Shown: positions 8,271-17,622, counted from the first letter of the stretch. The stretch is DNA of 64,000 nt from an uncultured Lachnospiraceae bacterium (GCA_947589315.1 CANPZE010000009.1:3043-67042); one strand, 5' to 3'. A program made the numbers and translations. Notes: generated from the letters alone by a model not told the origin.

Positions 8271-10688
8271 ATGTTCCTGGTACTGCCTTTTAATTTTATC
8301 TCTGCAGGGGGGATCTATGGAGGCGCGCCTATTTGGTTTGTCCTGGGGGTGGTGCTGGCCACTCTTGTGGTAGAGGGAAGGTCAAAATATATCTTGCTCA
8401 TAGGCGGTTACATTATGTTTCTGGCCTGCTACTACATTGCCTATTTTTATCCCAGGCAGATCGTCCAGCATACGCTTGAAATGGCATATGTGGATTCTTT
8501 TTCTACATTGACTATTGTTTCTTTTATAACCTGTGGCATGCTATTGTTCCAAAACAAGGCATATCAGGCGGAAAATGAGATGGTGCGCAAACAGAAAAAG
8601 GAGATTGAGGAACTGAACCAGGCGCAGAACCACTTTTTTTCCAGTATGAGCCATGAGATCCGTACCCCTATCAATACTATCATTGGACTGAATGAAATGA
8701 TCCTCCGGGAAGATGTTTCGGATGAGGTGGTTGCGGACGCCCGGAATATTCAAAGCGCCAGTAAGATGCTTCTGGCCCTGATCAATGATATTTTGGATAT
8801 GTCGAAGATAGAATCCGGTAAGATGGATATTGTTCCTGTGATCTATGATACAGGCGCCATGTTCTCCGATATTGTTAATATGATCTGGGTAAGGGCTCAG
8901 GAAAAAGGGCTGGAGCTTCATATTGACATAGATGAGAATATCCCGGCGCAGCTGTATGGCGATGAGGTGCGCATCAAACAGATTTTGATCAATCTGTTGA
9001 ATAATGCGGTGAAATATACCTCGGAGGGGGCGGTTACTTTGTCTGTCCAGTGCCAGAAAAGGGATGGGGATTGCATATATATGGCCTATTCCGTGTCAGA
9101 CACCGGCATTGGGGTCAAGAAAGACAGCATCCCTCATCTGTTCGATGCCTTTCAGCGGGTGGATAAGGAGAAGAACCGCCATATTGAGGGAACCGGACTG
9201 GGGCTTTCTATTGTAAAGCAGCTTGTAGAGCTGATGGGCGGAGAGATTACGGTAAACAGCGTATATATGAAGGGATCTGATTTTATTGTCACATTGCCCC
9301 AGGACGCCGTAGGGGAGGAAAAGCTGGGCGAGCTGGATCTGAAAGAGAAGCACACTCTGGGCGTCAGAGAAGATTACAGGGCTGTTTTTGAGGCGCCCAA
9401 GGCCCGGGTGCTGATCGTGGATGACGATAAAAGCAATCTGATGGTGGCAGAAAAACTTTTGCAGGATACAAAAGTAAAGGTTGACACGGTCCTGTCCGGA
9501 GCGGAGTGCCTGAAGCGGACGGGACAGGAACGCTATGATGCGATCTTTATGGACCACCTTATGCCGGTGATGGACGGCATTGAGTGCCTTCATATGATCC
9601 GTACCCAGACGGGAGGACTGAACCAGGACACTCCCGTGATCATCTTAACGGCAAATGCCGGTGGGGAGAATCAGGTTCTCTATAAAAGGGAAGGGTTTGA
9701 CGGATATCTTTTGAAGCCTGTCAGCGGTGCGCAGATCGAGACAGAGCTTTTAAAACATCTTCCCCGGGATTTGGTCAAGATGGCAGCTGCCTCCCAGTTT
9801 GCCGATGTGGTGGGCAGCCCTGTCCTGGAACACAAAAAGAAGCGCCTTGTCATGATCACTACGGACAGCGTAAGCGATCTCCCAGGAGAACTCACAGAGA
9901 AGTATCAGATCGCCGTGATGCCTTATCAGGTACTGACGGAAGGCGGGGTATTCAGGGATGGAGAAGAGGTGGAATCGGACGGCCTTTTGTCATATATTGC
10001 AGAACAGGGGAAAAATGTACGGTCAGAACCGCCCCAGGCGGAGGAATACGAAGCATTTTTTGCGGAACAGCTGACCCGGGCCCAGTATATCATTCATATT
10101 ACAATGGCAAAGAATGCAAGCCAGGGCTATGAAAATTCTATGAAGGCGTCCAAGACTTTTGGCAATGTGACGGTGGTTGATTCCGGACATTTGTCCAGCG
10201 GAATGGGCCTTATTGTGTTATATGCGGCCCAATATGCGGCGGAAGGGATGTCGGTGGATGGCATTCTATGTGAGATTGACCGTATGAAGGCGCAGACGAG
10301 GACCAGTTTTATCGTGGGCAGTACGGAGTATCTGGCGAGATCGGGAAGGATTTCTTCCAAGATCAATGCAGTCTGCAAAGCGTGTATGCTGCATCCGGTC
10401 ATTGTCTTGAAAGGCAGCAGCATGAAGGTAGGGGCGGTCCGGATCGGAGGCAGGAATACTATATGGAGAAAATATATTACTTCTACCCTGCATTCTTCTT
10501 CGGAGATCGACAGGAGGATCCTGTTTATCACCCATGCAGGGCTGAGCGTGGCAGAGCTGGGACAGATTGAGGCAAAGGTGAGAAAGAAGATAGATTTTGA
10601 CACGGTCATCTATCAAAAGGCATCGCCGGCTATTTCTATCAATTGCGGGCCGGACAGCTTTGGGCTATTATTTATGGTGAAGGATTAA
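8271..10688 (+). CDS. hybrid sensor histidine kinase-receiver fused to a C-terminal DegV-like (fatty-acid-binding) domain
   Basis: TM helices, H-box MSHEIRTPINTIIGL, HATPase (DTGIGV, GTGLGLSIV), a receiver (VLIVDDDKSNL...DAIFMDHLMPVMDG), then about 280 aa typical of the DegV family (VMITTDSVSDLP...VVDSGHLSSGMG...FITHAG). Confidence 0.85.
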   Translation: MFLVLPFNFISAGGIYGGAPIWFVLGVVLATLVVEGRSKYILLIGGYIMFLACYYIAYFYPRQIVQHTLEMAYVDSFSTLTIVSFITCGMLLFQNKAYQAENEMVRKQKKEIEELNQAQNHFFSSMSHEIRTPINTIIGLNEMILREDVSDEVVADARNIQSASKMLLALINDILDMSKIESGKMDIVPVIYDTGAMFSDIVNMIWVRAQEKGLELHIDIDENIPAQLYGDEVRIKQILINLLNNAVKYTSEGAVTLSVQCQKRDGDCIYMAYSVSDTGIGVKKDSIPHLFDAFQRVDKEKNRHIEGTGLGLSIVKQLVELMGGEITVNSVYMKGSDFIVTLPQDAVGEEKLGELDLKEKHTLGVREDYRAVFEAPKARVLIVDDDKSNLMVAEKLLQDTKVKVDTVLSGAECLKRTGQERYDAIFMDHLMPVMDGIECLHMIRTQTGGLNQDTPVIILTANAGGENQVLYKREGFDGYLLKPVSGAQIETELLKHLPRDLVKMAAASQFADVVGSPVLEHKKKRLVMITTDSVSDLPGELTEKYQIAVMPYQVLTEGGVFRDGEEVESDGLLSYIAEQGKNVRSEPPQAEEYEAFFAEQLTRAQYIIHITMAKNASQGYENSMKASKTFGNVTVVDSGHLSSGMGLIVLYAAQYAAEGMSVDGILCEIDRMKAQTRTSFIVGSTEYLARSGRISSKINAVCKACMLHPVIVLKGSSMKVGAVRIGGRNTIWRKYITSTLHSSSEIDRRILFITHAGLSVAELGQIEAKVRKKIDFDTVIYQKASPAISINCGPDSFGLLFMVKD

Positions 10689-10771
10689 AAAGCAGAATGG
10701 ATACAGGCACGATATAGGTTCAACAATGATTTCTGTCTGATTGAGCTGATAAAGGAGGCATGAGGATTATT

Positions 10772-11584
10772 ATGAAAAAAAGGTGCAGAAAAGTGATCGG
10801 ATTGTTGACGGCCGCCCTTCTGATAACCGGCTGTGGGAAACAGCAGGGGCAGAACGCTTTTGTTTTACAACCGGGACAATCTGATTTGAAGTATGTGCAG
10901 TCAAAGGATACTTTTGTGATCGGCATTACAGATTTCGCTCCCATGGATTATCAGGAAGGAGAAGAGTGGGTGGGCTTTGATGCTGCTTTGGCAGAGAAAT
11001 TTGCGGAAGGCCTTGGCGTAACACCGGAGTTTAAGGAGATCGACTGGGACCAAAAGACTAAGCTTTTGGAAAATGGAACGGTTGACTGTATCTGGAATGG
11101 CATGACGATGACGGAGGAGCTTCAGAATACAATTACCTGCTCGGAACCTTATCTTTCTAATGCACAGGTGGCAGTGCTGCGGGAGGAGGATTGCCGGAAG
11201 TATGAGTCTATAGAGGAATGCCAGCATCTGTTATTTGCAGTGGAGTCAGGTTCAACGGGAGAGGATTTGCTGAAGGAACTGCGCTACCGTTACACTGCCT
11301 ATCCCACCCAGAAAGATGCTCTGCAGAGTGTCTGTGACAAGGAGACGGATGCCGCAGTCATTGACATTATTATGGCGGCATATTATACAGGAGAGGATCA
11401 GGAATTTGGAGGGCTGGGATTTCAGTTCTCCCTGAATGATGAAAAAATATGCGTAGGTCTGCGCAAGGATTCTGATCTGGCAGAGAGGGTGAATACTTTT
11501 TTGGCGGATAGCGGCGAAGACGGCACATTGAAGGAACTGGCAGAGAAATATGGAATTGAAGGGGCGGTCCTTGACCGGCAGTGA
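10772..11584 (+). CDS. lipoprotein, family-3 solute-binding protein (amino-acid ABC-type SBP)
   Basis: Signal peptide with lipobox LLITGC. Typical SBP_bac_3 features are present (FAPMDY, DCIWNGMTMT). GGAGG lies at 10754-10758; the listed ATG at 10760 is too close to it, so ATG 10772 is preferred. Confidence 0.85.
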   Translation: MKKRCRKVIGLLTAALLITGCGKQQGQNAFVLQPGQSDLKYVQSKDTFVIGITDFAPMDYQEGEEWVGFDAALAEKFAEGLGVTPEFKEIDWDQKTKLLENGTVDCIWNGMTMTEELQNTITCSEPYLSNAQVAVLREEDCRKYESIEECQHLLFAVESGSTGEDLLKELRYRYTAYPTQKDALQSVCDKETDAAVIDIIMAAYYTGEDQEFGGLGFQFSLNDEKICVGLRKDSDLAERVNTFLADSGEDGTLKELAEKYGIEGAVLDRQ

Positions 11585-11639
11585 AAACTCGTATGCGGTA
11601 ATAGCGCGCGTAAGATTTATGAGGGGAGGAGATTTTCCA

Positions 11640-11942
11640 ATGAAAAACATTATTCTCAGCGCCGATGGGGATCAGCTGGTTTATTCGGTTCCGGATGTAG
11701 TTGCCGACAATTTAGAAAAGTATTGCCTGGAGTTCTGTAATAAATGGATCCAGACGGACCCGCATGCGGAAAAATACAGGTTCCATGGCCTGATATGCTA
11801 TGATGAGCGGGATTTTATCGATTATCTTAACCAATGGCGTTTCCCTTCAGAACCATCGGTATATATCACGAATCTTGGCCCGATAGATAGTGACATACCC
11901 ATTCCGGAAAAATATAAAGATTGCCCGTCTTTTAATTTTTAA
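11640..11942 (+). CDS. small hypothetical protein (100 aa)
   Basis: ATG 11640 is preceded by GAGGGGAGGAG. The upstream part of the listed ORF overlaps the SBP gene. No motif recognised. Confidence 0.5.
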   Translation: MKNIILSADGDQLVYSVPDVVADNLEKYCLEFCNKWIQTDPHAEKYRFHGLICYDERDFIDYLNQWRFPSEPSVYITNLGPIDSDIPIPEKYKDCPSFNF

Positions 11943-11964
11943 TAATCAAAAAGTGATTTAGGGA

Positions 11965-11993
11965 TTGACAATCTTGGGAGCCTTTGTTATAAT
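11965..11993 (+). promoter_or_regulatory. sigma-A type promoter of the infC-rpmI-rplT operon
   Basis: TTGACA (11965-11970), an exact 17-nt spacer, then TATAAT (11988-11993). Confidence 0.75.
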
Positions 11994-12146
11994 TCTTCAT
12001 GCTGTGTAAACAGAGACAACAAAGCAGAGTTTATCCACTCTCACCTTAGCACAGGAGTGACTTGGGTTAATATTGGACACAGACCATAGAGGGATCATGG
12101 ATTTTGTCAGTATAGTGGATGAACGATTGTTTATCCACTTTTTTAT
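11994..12146 (+). promoter_or_regulatory. infC operon leader with a terminator/antiterminator attenuator (L20-leader-like)
   Basis: Hairpin AGTGGATGAAC (12114-12124) / GTTTATCCACT (12129-12139) plus a T-run sits just before the infC SD. An identical copy of the 3' arm (GTTTATCCACT, 12029-12039) lies upstream and can compete for the 5' arm. Confidence 0.55.
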
Positions 12147-12165
12147 TTATTGGAGGTGCACGACC

Positions 12166-12675
12166 ATTAGTAATTTAATGATTAATGAGCAGATTAGGGA
12201 CCGGGAGATCCGTTTGATCGGTGAAGACGGCGAGCAGCTGGGTATCATGTCAGCGAAGGAGGCAATGAAACTGGCAAGGGAGGCGGAGCTGGATCTTGTG
12301 AAGATCGCGCCGAATGCGAAGCCGCCAGTTTGCAAGATCATAGACTATGGAAAGTATCGTTATGAGCTTGCAAGGAAAGAAAAGGAAGCCAGGAAGAAGC
12401 AGAAGACAATGGAGGTCAAGGAAGTACGCCTGTCGCCTAACATCGATATGAACGATCTGAATACCAAGGCAAATCAGGCCAGAAAGTTTCTTGCCAAGGG
12501 AGATAAGGTAAAGGTTACCCTGCGTTTCCGTGGTCGTGAGCTGACGCATATCAATTACAGCAAGCAGATTCTGGACAGCTTTTATGAGAAGCTGGAGGAT
12601 GTGGCTGTGATCGATAAGCAGCCGAAGATGGAAGGAAGATCCATGGTAATGTTTCTGTCGGAAAAGAGACAGTAA
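12166..12675 (+). CDS. infC: translation initiation factor IF-3; probable ATT start at 12166 (first ATG at 12178)
   Basis: INEQIRDREIRLIGEDGEQLG...APNAKPPVCKIIDYGKYRYE...VKEVRLSPNI is typical IF-3. GGAGG (12152-12156) lies 9 nt before an in-frame ATT. Confidence 0.93.
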   Translation: MSNLMINEQIRDREIRLIGEDGEQLGIMSAKEAMKLAREAELDLVKIAPNAKPPVCKIIDYGKYRYELARKEKEARKKQKTMEVKEVRLSPNIDMNDLNTKANQARKFLAKGDKVKVTLRFRGRELTHINYSKQILDSFYEKLEDVAVIDKQPKMEGRSMVMFLSEKRQ

Positions 12676-12739
12676 AGAATTGTCTGCCTGTCAGACAAAG
12701 CTTTCAGTATAATAACATAAGTTAAGGAGGAAATGTATT

Positions 12740-12940
12740 ATGCCCAAAATGAAAACAAAGCGCGCAGCTGCGAAACGTTTTAAAACAACAGGAACAGGGA
12801 AGCTTATGAAGATGAAGGCTTATAAGAGCCATATCTTGAATAAGAAGTCAGCCAAGAGAAAGAGAAACCTGAGAAAGAGCATTGAGGTGGATGCGTCAAA
12901 TGCAAAGATGATGAAGCGCATGTTACCGTATTCAAAATAA
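12740..12940 (+). CDS. rpmI: 50S ribosomal protein L35
   Basis: [21 protein letters not shown]... 66 aa, with AAGGAGG upstream and the conserved position after infC. Confidence 0.97.
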   Translation: MPKMKTKRAAAKRFKTTGTGKLMKMKAYKSHILNKKSAKRKRNLRKSIEVDASNAKMMKRMLPYSK

Positions 12941-12958
12941 GGATAGGAGGAAAGAGAG

Positions 12959-13315
12959 ATGGCACGTGTAAAAGGCGGATTAAACGCAAAAAAGAAGCAT
13001 AATAGGATCCTGAAGCTTGCAAAGGGTTACAGAGGAGCAAGATCCAAGCAGTATAGAGTAGCAAAACAGTCTGTAATGCGGGCTCTGAACTCTTCCTTCG
13101 CAGGAAGAAAAGAGAGAAAGAGACAGTTCAGAAGATTATGGATCGCGCGGATTAATGCGGCGGCAAGACTGAATGGTCTGTCCTACAGCAAGTTTATGTA
13201 TGGCCTGAAGTTAGCAGAGATCGATATCAACAGAAAGATGCTTTCTGAAATGGCGATCAGTGACCCGGAAGGCTTTGCAGCGCTGGTAGAGGTTGCAAAG
13301 GGGAAGGTTGCTTAA
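12959..13315 (+). CDS. rplT: 50S ribosomal protein L20
   Basis: [37 protein letters not shown]... 118 aa, in the conserved operon position. Confidence 0.97.
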   Translation: MARVKGGLNAKKKHNRILKLAKGYRGARSKQYRVAKQSVMRALNSSFAGRKERKRQFRRLWIARINAAARLNGLSYSKFMYGLKLAEIDINRKMLSEMAISDPEGFAALVEVAKGKVA

Positions 13316-13328
13316 ATATTGCACATTC

Positions 13329-13357
13329 GCCCTTTGCCGTTTGGCAAAGGGCTTTTT
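13329..13357 (+). terminator. intrinsic terminator after rplT
   Basis: GCCCTTTGCC-gttt-GGCAAAGGGC followed by TTTTT. Confidence 0.85.
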
Positions 13358-13434
13358 GCTTAATAGGGTGAAACCTTGGTTTTGCCCTTTGCTGGCTTAT
13401 AGGAAACATTCTTGTGGGAAAGGAAGATAGAAGG

Positions 13435-16074
13435 ATGGCAAAGGAATTGGAAAAGAATTATAACCCTGCCGACATCGAGGGGCGTACCTATAAGAAATGG
13501 GAGGAGAAAAAATATTTTCATGCAAAGGTCGATCGGGACAGGAAGCCTTTTACGATCGTTATGCCGCCGCCCAATATTACAGGACAGCTGCACATGGGAC
13601 ATGCCTTGGATAATACTTTGCAGGATATCCTGATCCGTTTTAAGCGGATGCAGGGATATGAGGCATTGTGGCTGCCGGGAACAGATCACGCCTCCATCGC
13701 TACTGAGGCGAAGGTAGTGGAGAAGCTGAAGGAGGAGGGAGTTTCCAAGGAAGAGATTGGCAGAGAGAAGTTCCTGGAGCATGTCTGGGACTGGAAGAAA
13801 CAGTACGGCGGACGGATCGTAGAGCAGTTAAAGAAGATCGGTTCTTCCTGCGATTGGGACCGGGAGCGGTTCACAATGGACGAGGGATGCAATAAAGCAG
13901 TCCGGGAAGTGTTTGTCAACCTTTATAACAAGAAGGCGATCTACCGGGGAGAACGTATCATCAACTGGTGCCCTCATTGTCTGACTTCCATTTCCGATGC
14001 AGAGGTGGAGTACGAAGACCAGGCCGGCCATTTCTGGCATCTGCGTTATAAGACGACAGACGGCGCCGGGTATATTGATCTGGCTACCACCCGTCCGGAG
14101 ACCTTGCTGGGAGATACTGCCGTGGCGGTCAATCCCAAGGATGAGAGATATCAGGATATGATCGGCAAGACGCTGGATCTTCCGTTGGTACATCGGCAGA
14201 TTCCTATTATAGCAGATGATTATGTAGATATGGAATTTGGTACAGGTGTGGTAAAGATTACACCGGCCCATGACCCTAACGATTTTGAAGTAGGGCTGCG
14301 CCATGATCTGGAGATCATCAACGTCCTGACAGAGGATGCAAGGATCACAGAGGACTATCCCAAATACGCCGGCATGGACCGCTATGAGGCGAGAAAGGCC
14401 ATTGTGAAGGATCTGGAAGCAGAAGGCGCACTTTTGAAGGTGGAGGATCACTCCCATAATGTGGGAACCTGCTATCGCTGTGGGACTACAGTAGAGCCCA
14501 GGGTATCTATGCAGTGGTTTGTGAAGATGGAAGAGCTGGCAAAGCCGGCCATTGAGGCAGTGAAGAGAGGAGATACCAAATTTGTCCCTCCTCATTTTGA
14601 TAAAACCTATTATCACTGGCTGGAAAATATCCGGGATTGGTGCATTTCCCGGCAGCTGTGGTGGGGGCATCGGATCCCGGCCTTTTACTGCGATGACTGT
14701 GGGGAGATGACAGTTACTAAGGATAAGGCGCCCGTCTGCCCTAAGTGTGGCAGGCCTATGCGCCAGGATCCGGATACGCTGGACACCTGGTTCTCTTCCG
14801 CTTTGTGGCCCTTCTCCACACTGGGCTGGCCGGAGAAAACGGAAGAAATGGATTATTTCTATCCTACCAATACCCTGGTAACAGGTTATGATATTATCTT
14901 TTTCTGGGTAATCCGTATGATGTTCAGTGGATTGGAGCATACCGGGGAGGTTCCGTTTGATACGGTGCTGATCCATGGCCTGGTCCGGGATTCCCAGGGG
15001 CGTAAGATGAGTAAATCTCTGGGCAATGGGATCGATCCGCTGGAAGTCATCAACAAATATGGAGCAGACGCCCTGCGCCTTACTCTGGTGACGGGAAATG
15101 CGCCGGGTAATGATATGCGCTTCTATTGGGAGCGGGTAGAGGCCAGCCGCAATTTTGCCAATAAGGTCTGGAATGCATCCCGGTTCATCATGATGCATCT
15201 GGGAGACCGGGAGATCACGCAGCCGGAACAGGCGGCTCTGGCGCCGGTGGATCGGTGGATCCTGTCCCAGGTTAATACCCTGGCCAGAGAAGTTACCGAC
15301 AATATGGAGAAATTTGAGCTCGGGATTGCAGTGCAGAAGATCTATGATTTTATTTGGACTGAATTCTGCGACTGGTATATTGAACTGGTCAAGCCCAGGC
15401 TTTTCCATAAGGAGGAAGATCCGGCATCCGCTAATGCGGCGTTCTGGACTTTAAAGACTGTGCTGATCGCTTCCCTGAAATTGCTCCATCCCTATATGCC
15501 CTTTATTACAGAAGAAATCTTCTGTACCCTTCAGTCAGAGGAGGAGTCGGTCATGATTTCTTCCTGGCCGCAGTATCAGGAGCAATGGAAGGATCCAGAG
15601 GCAGAGGAAATGGCAGAGAGCATGAAGAATGTGATCCGCGGGATCCGTAATCTGCGCGCAGAAATGAATGTGGCCAATGCCAGAAAGGCAAAGGTATATA
15701 TTGTGGCAGATAACGAGAAGCTCTGTAATATCCTCACAGACTGCAGGGCCTCCTATGAGCATATGATCTTTGCCTCCGGCCTGTCTGTCCAGCTGGATAA
15801 GGCAGGAGTGGAGAGCAACGCAGTCTCTGTAGTGATTCCTGGCGCAACGATTTATATGCCCTTATCCGACCTGGTGGATCTGGAGAAGGAAAAGGAACGG
15901 CTTACCAAAGAAAAGGAACGCCTGGAAGGCGAGCTCAGGCGCGTGAATGGAATGTTAAATAACGAAAAGTTCCTGAGTAAGGCTCCGGAAAGCAAGATTG
16001 CGGAGGAAAAGGGAAAACTGGAGAAATATACAAGTATGATGGCTAAGGTAGAGGAAGAATTGTCTGCCTTGTGA
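13435..16074 (+). CDS. valS: valine--tRNA ligase
   Basis: Class I signatures PPPNITGQLHMGH and KMSKSLGN, plus a C-terminal coiled coil. Start at ATG 13435 (MAKELEKNYNP). Confidence 0.97.
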   Translation: MAKELEKNYNPADIEGRTYKKWEEKKYFHAKVDRDRKPFTIVMPPPNITGQLHMGHALDNTLQDILIRFKRMQGYEALWLPGTDHASIATEAKVVEKLKEEGVSKEEIGREKFLEHVWDWKKQYGGRIVEQLKKIGSSCDWDRERFTMDEGCNKAVREVFVNLYNKKAIYRGERIINWCPHCLTSISDAEVEYEDQAGHFWHLRYKTTDGAGYIDLATTRPETLLGDTAVAVNPKDERYQDMIGKTLDLPLVHRQIPIIADDYVDMEFGTGVVKITPAHDPNDFEVGLRHDLEIINVLTEDARITEDYPKYAGMDRYEARKAIVKDLEAEGALLKVEDHSHNVGTCYRCGTTVEPRVSMQWFVKMEELAKPAIEAVKRGDTKFVPPHFDKTYYHWLENIRDWCISRQLWWGHRIPAFYCDDCGEMTVTKDKAPVCPKCGRPMRQDPDTLDTWFSSALWPFSTLGWPEKTEEMDYFYPTNTLVTGYDIIFFWVIRMMFSGLEHTGEVPFDTVLIHGLVRDSQGRKMSKSLGNGIDPLEVINKYGADALRLTLVTGNAPGNDMRFYWERVEASRNFANKVWNASRFIMMHLGDREITQPEQAALAPVDRWILSQVNTLAREVTDNMEKFELGIAVQKIYDFIWTEFCDWYIELVKPRLFHKEEDPASANAAFWTLKTVLIASLKLLHPYMPFITEEIFCTLQSEEESVMISSWPQYQEQWKDPEAEEMAESMKNVIRGIRNLRAEMNVANARKAKVYIVADNEKLCNILTDCRASYEHMIFASGLSVQLDKAGVESNAVSVVIPGATIYMPLSDLVDLEKEKERLTKEKERLEGELRRVNGMLNNEKFLSKAPESKIAEEKGKLEKYTSMMAKVEEELSAL

Positions 16075-16097
16075 TGTATTTACCATATCAACTTTTG

Positions 16098-16140
16098 AAA
16101 AACAACTGGGCCTGTTTGGAGGTATCAGTTGTTTTTCTTG
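16098..16140 (+). terminator. intrinsic terminator after valS
   Basis: AAAAACAACTG ... CAGTTGTTTTT stem followed by a T-rich tail. Confidence 0.75.
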
Positions 16141-16166
16141 CAATATCCCCTATAGTTGGTTATAAT
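16138..16166 (+). promoter_or_regulatory. sigma-A type promoter for the DUF342-like gene
   Basis: TTGCAA (16138-16143), a 17-nt spacer, then TATAAT (16161-16166). Confidence 0.6.
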
Positions 16167-16218
16167 TAGCATAAGCATATTGAGGACAATGTTCGGAGGA
16201 CAGAGGGGAGGGAGAAAT

Positions 16219-17622
16219 ATGCAGGATGATACAATGGAAAAGAATGATGCGGCAAAAGTAGAGATTGTAATATCAGACGATGAGACGGAAGCATATATGA
16301 AGTTACCTCCTACACAAGATGGAAAGCTGTATACAGTGGAATTACTGAAAGTCTATCTGAAAGAGGAAGGGATCATTTCAGGGATCAAGGAGGATGTGCT
16401 CCGCAAGATCATTGCGGAGGAACGATATAATGAAAAGGTCCTGGTAGCAGAGGGGATCCGCGTACAGGATGGTAAGGATGGCTGGTTCGAGTTCCTGTTT
16501 GATACGGAAGTGAATACCAGGCCGAAGATATTGAAGGATGGATCTGTGGATTACACTCCCTGCGGGGATGTGCCGGCTGTCCATGAGGGAGAGAAGATTG
16601 TGATATACCATCCGGCGGCGGAACCGAAGGATGGGCTTAATGTCTTTGGACAGGTGCTGGCAGGCCGGAGAGGGAAGGAACTCGCCCGCTTAAAGGGAAA
16701 GGGCTTTATTGTATCAGACGATAATCGGGAGTATACGGCGCGCTATACCGGTAAAGTTACATATAAGGACGACTGGCTGCAGGTTGATGAGGAACTCACG
16801 ATCAATGAAGATGTTTCCTATACGACTACGGGAAGTATTTCCTTTGTGGGCAATATCCATATCAAGGGGAATGTGCTGTCAGGAATGGAAGTCATTTCCG
16901 AGCGGGGCGGAATTATTGTCGATGGCTTCGTGGAGGCAGCAGAATTAAAGGCGAAAAAAGATATTGTATTGAAGAATGGGATGCAGGGGAACGGAAAGGG
17001 AAAGATTGAATGTGAGGAATCTGTATCCGGAAAATTCTTTGAACAGACGGTTGTCATATGTAAGGGCGATGTACACGCCAATGCGATCATGAACTGCCAG
17101 ATCGAAGCAGGCCAGGATATATTGGTATCCGGCCGCTTTGGCATTATCGTGGGTGGGAAGGTTTCCGCACTGCGCAGAGTGCAGGCTATGATCGTTGGAA
17201 ATGCAGCGGAGAAGAAGACGGAGATCCATTCCGGAGTAGAAGGGGACTTATTTGCCCAGATGGCAAAATGTGAGCATGATATGAATGCTCTGCAGGAGGA
17301 GTTGAATGACATCAAGCGTAAGGCCGATAAGCTGGATGAGTTGATGAAGTACACAGACAGAGAAGACATCCGCCAGGGCAAGGTAGTCTTACTCCGGTCT
17401 AAGGTGGAGAAGGACAGCCAGATCAATGAGCTTCTGAAGAGGAAGCAGGAGCTGGTGGATCTGATGGCCAAGTCGAATGAGGCGAAAGTAACGATTGAAA
17501 AAGTAGTATATCCAGGAGTGTCTATTATCATCAATGGAATGAGTGTCGTGGTTACTGACGAGATTAACCATGTGGAATACGCCAGGAGAGGCTCCGGGAT
17601 CATTTCTTATAACATAGAGTAG
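16219..17622 (+). CDS. FapA/DUF342-like protein
   Basis: The N-terminal region (EAYMKL...LLKVYLKEEGIISGIKEDVL) plus a beta-helix-like G-rich repeat core and a C-terminal coiled coil are typical of DUF342/FapA proteins. ATG 16219 follows GGGGAGGGAG. Confidence 0.7.
   Translation: MQDDTMEKNDAAKVEIVISDDETEAYMKLPPTQDGKLYTVELLKVYLKEEGIISGIKEDVLRKIIAEERYNEKVLVAEGIRVQDGKDGWFEFLFDTEVNTRPKILKDGSVDYTPCGDVPAVHEGEKIVIYHPAAEPKDGLNVFGQVLAGRRGKELARLKGKGFIVSDDNREYTARYTGKVTYKDDWLQVDEELTINEDVSYTTTGSISFVGNIHIKGNVLSGMEVISERGGIIVDGFVEAAELKAKKDIVLKNGMQGNGKGKIECEESVSGKFFEQTVVICKGDVHANAIMNCQIEAGQDILVSGRFGIIVGGKVSALRRVQAMIVGNAAEKKTEIHSGVEGDLFAQMAKCEHDMNALQEELNDIKRKADKLDELMKYTDREDIRQGKVVLLRSKVEKDSQINELLKRKQELVDLMAKSNEAKVTIEKVVYPGVSIIINGMSVVVTDEINHVEYARRGSGIISYNIE

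Noticed and set aside
13358-13434. Expected a T-box leader upstream of valS.
   Set aside because: Only about 75 nt separate the rplT terminator from the valS start. That is too short for a T-box, and no T-box sequence or terminator is present.
13828-15408. 526-aa antisense ORF inside valS, plus many similar long minus-strand ORFs (400..873, 3367..4026, 17729..18640, 23411..24475, 28281..29306, 35805..36602, 46778..47503, 49068..49763, 56290..56928, 61600..62367).
   Set aside because: Each lies entirely opposite a + strand gene that has clear family motifs. Their translations are Pro/Arg/His/Gly-rich and of low complexity, with no SD or motif. They are typical shadow ORFs.
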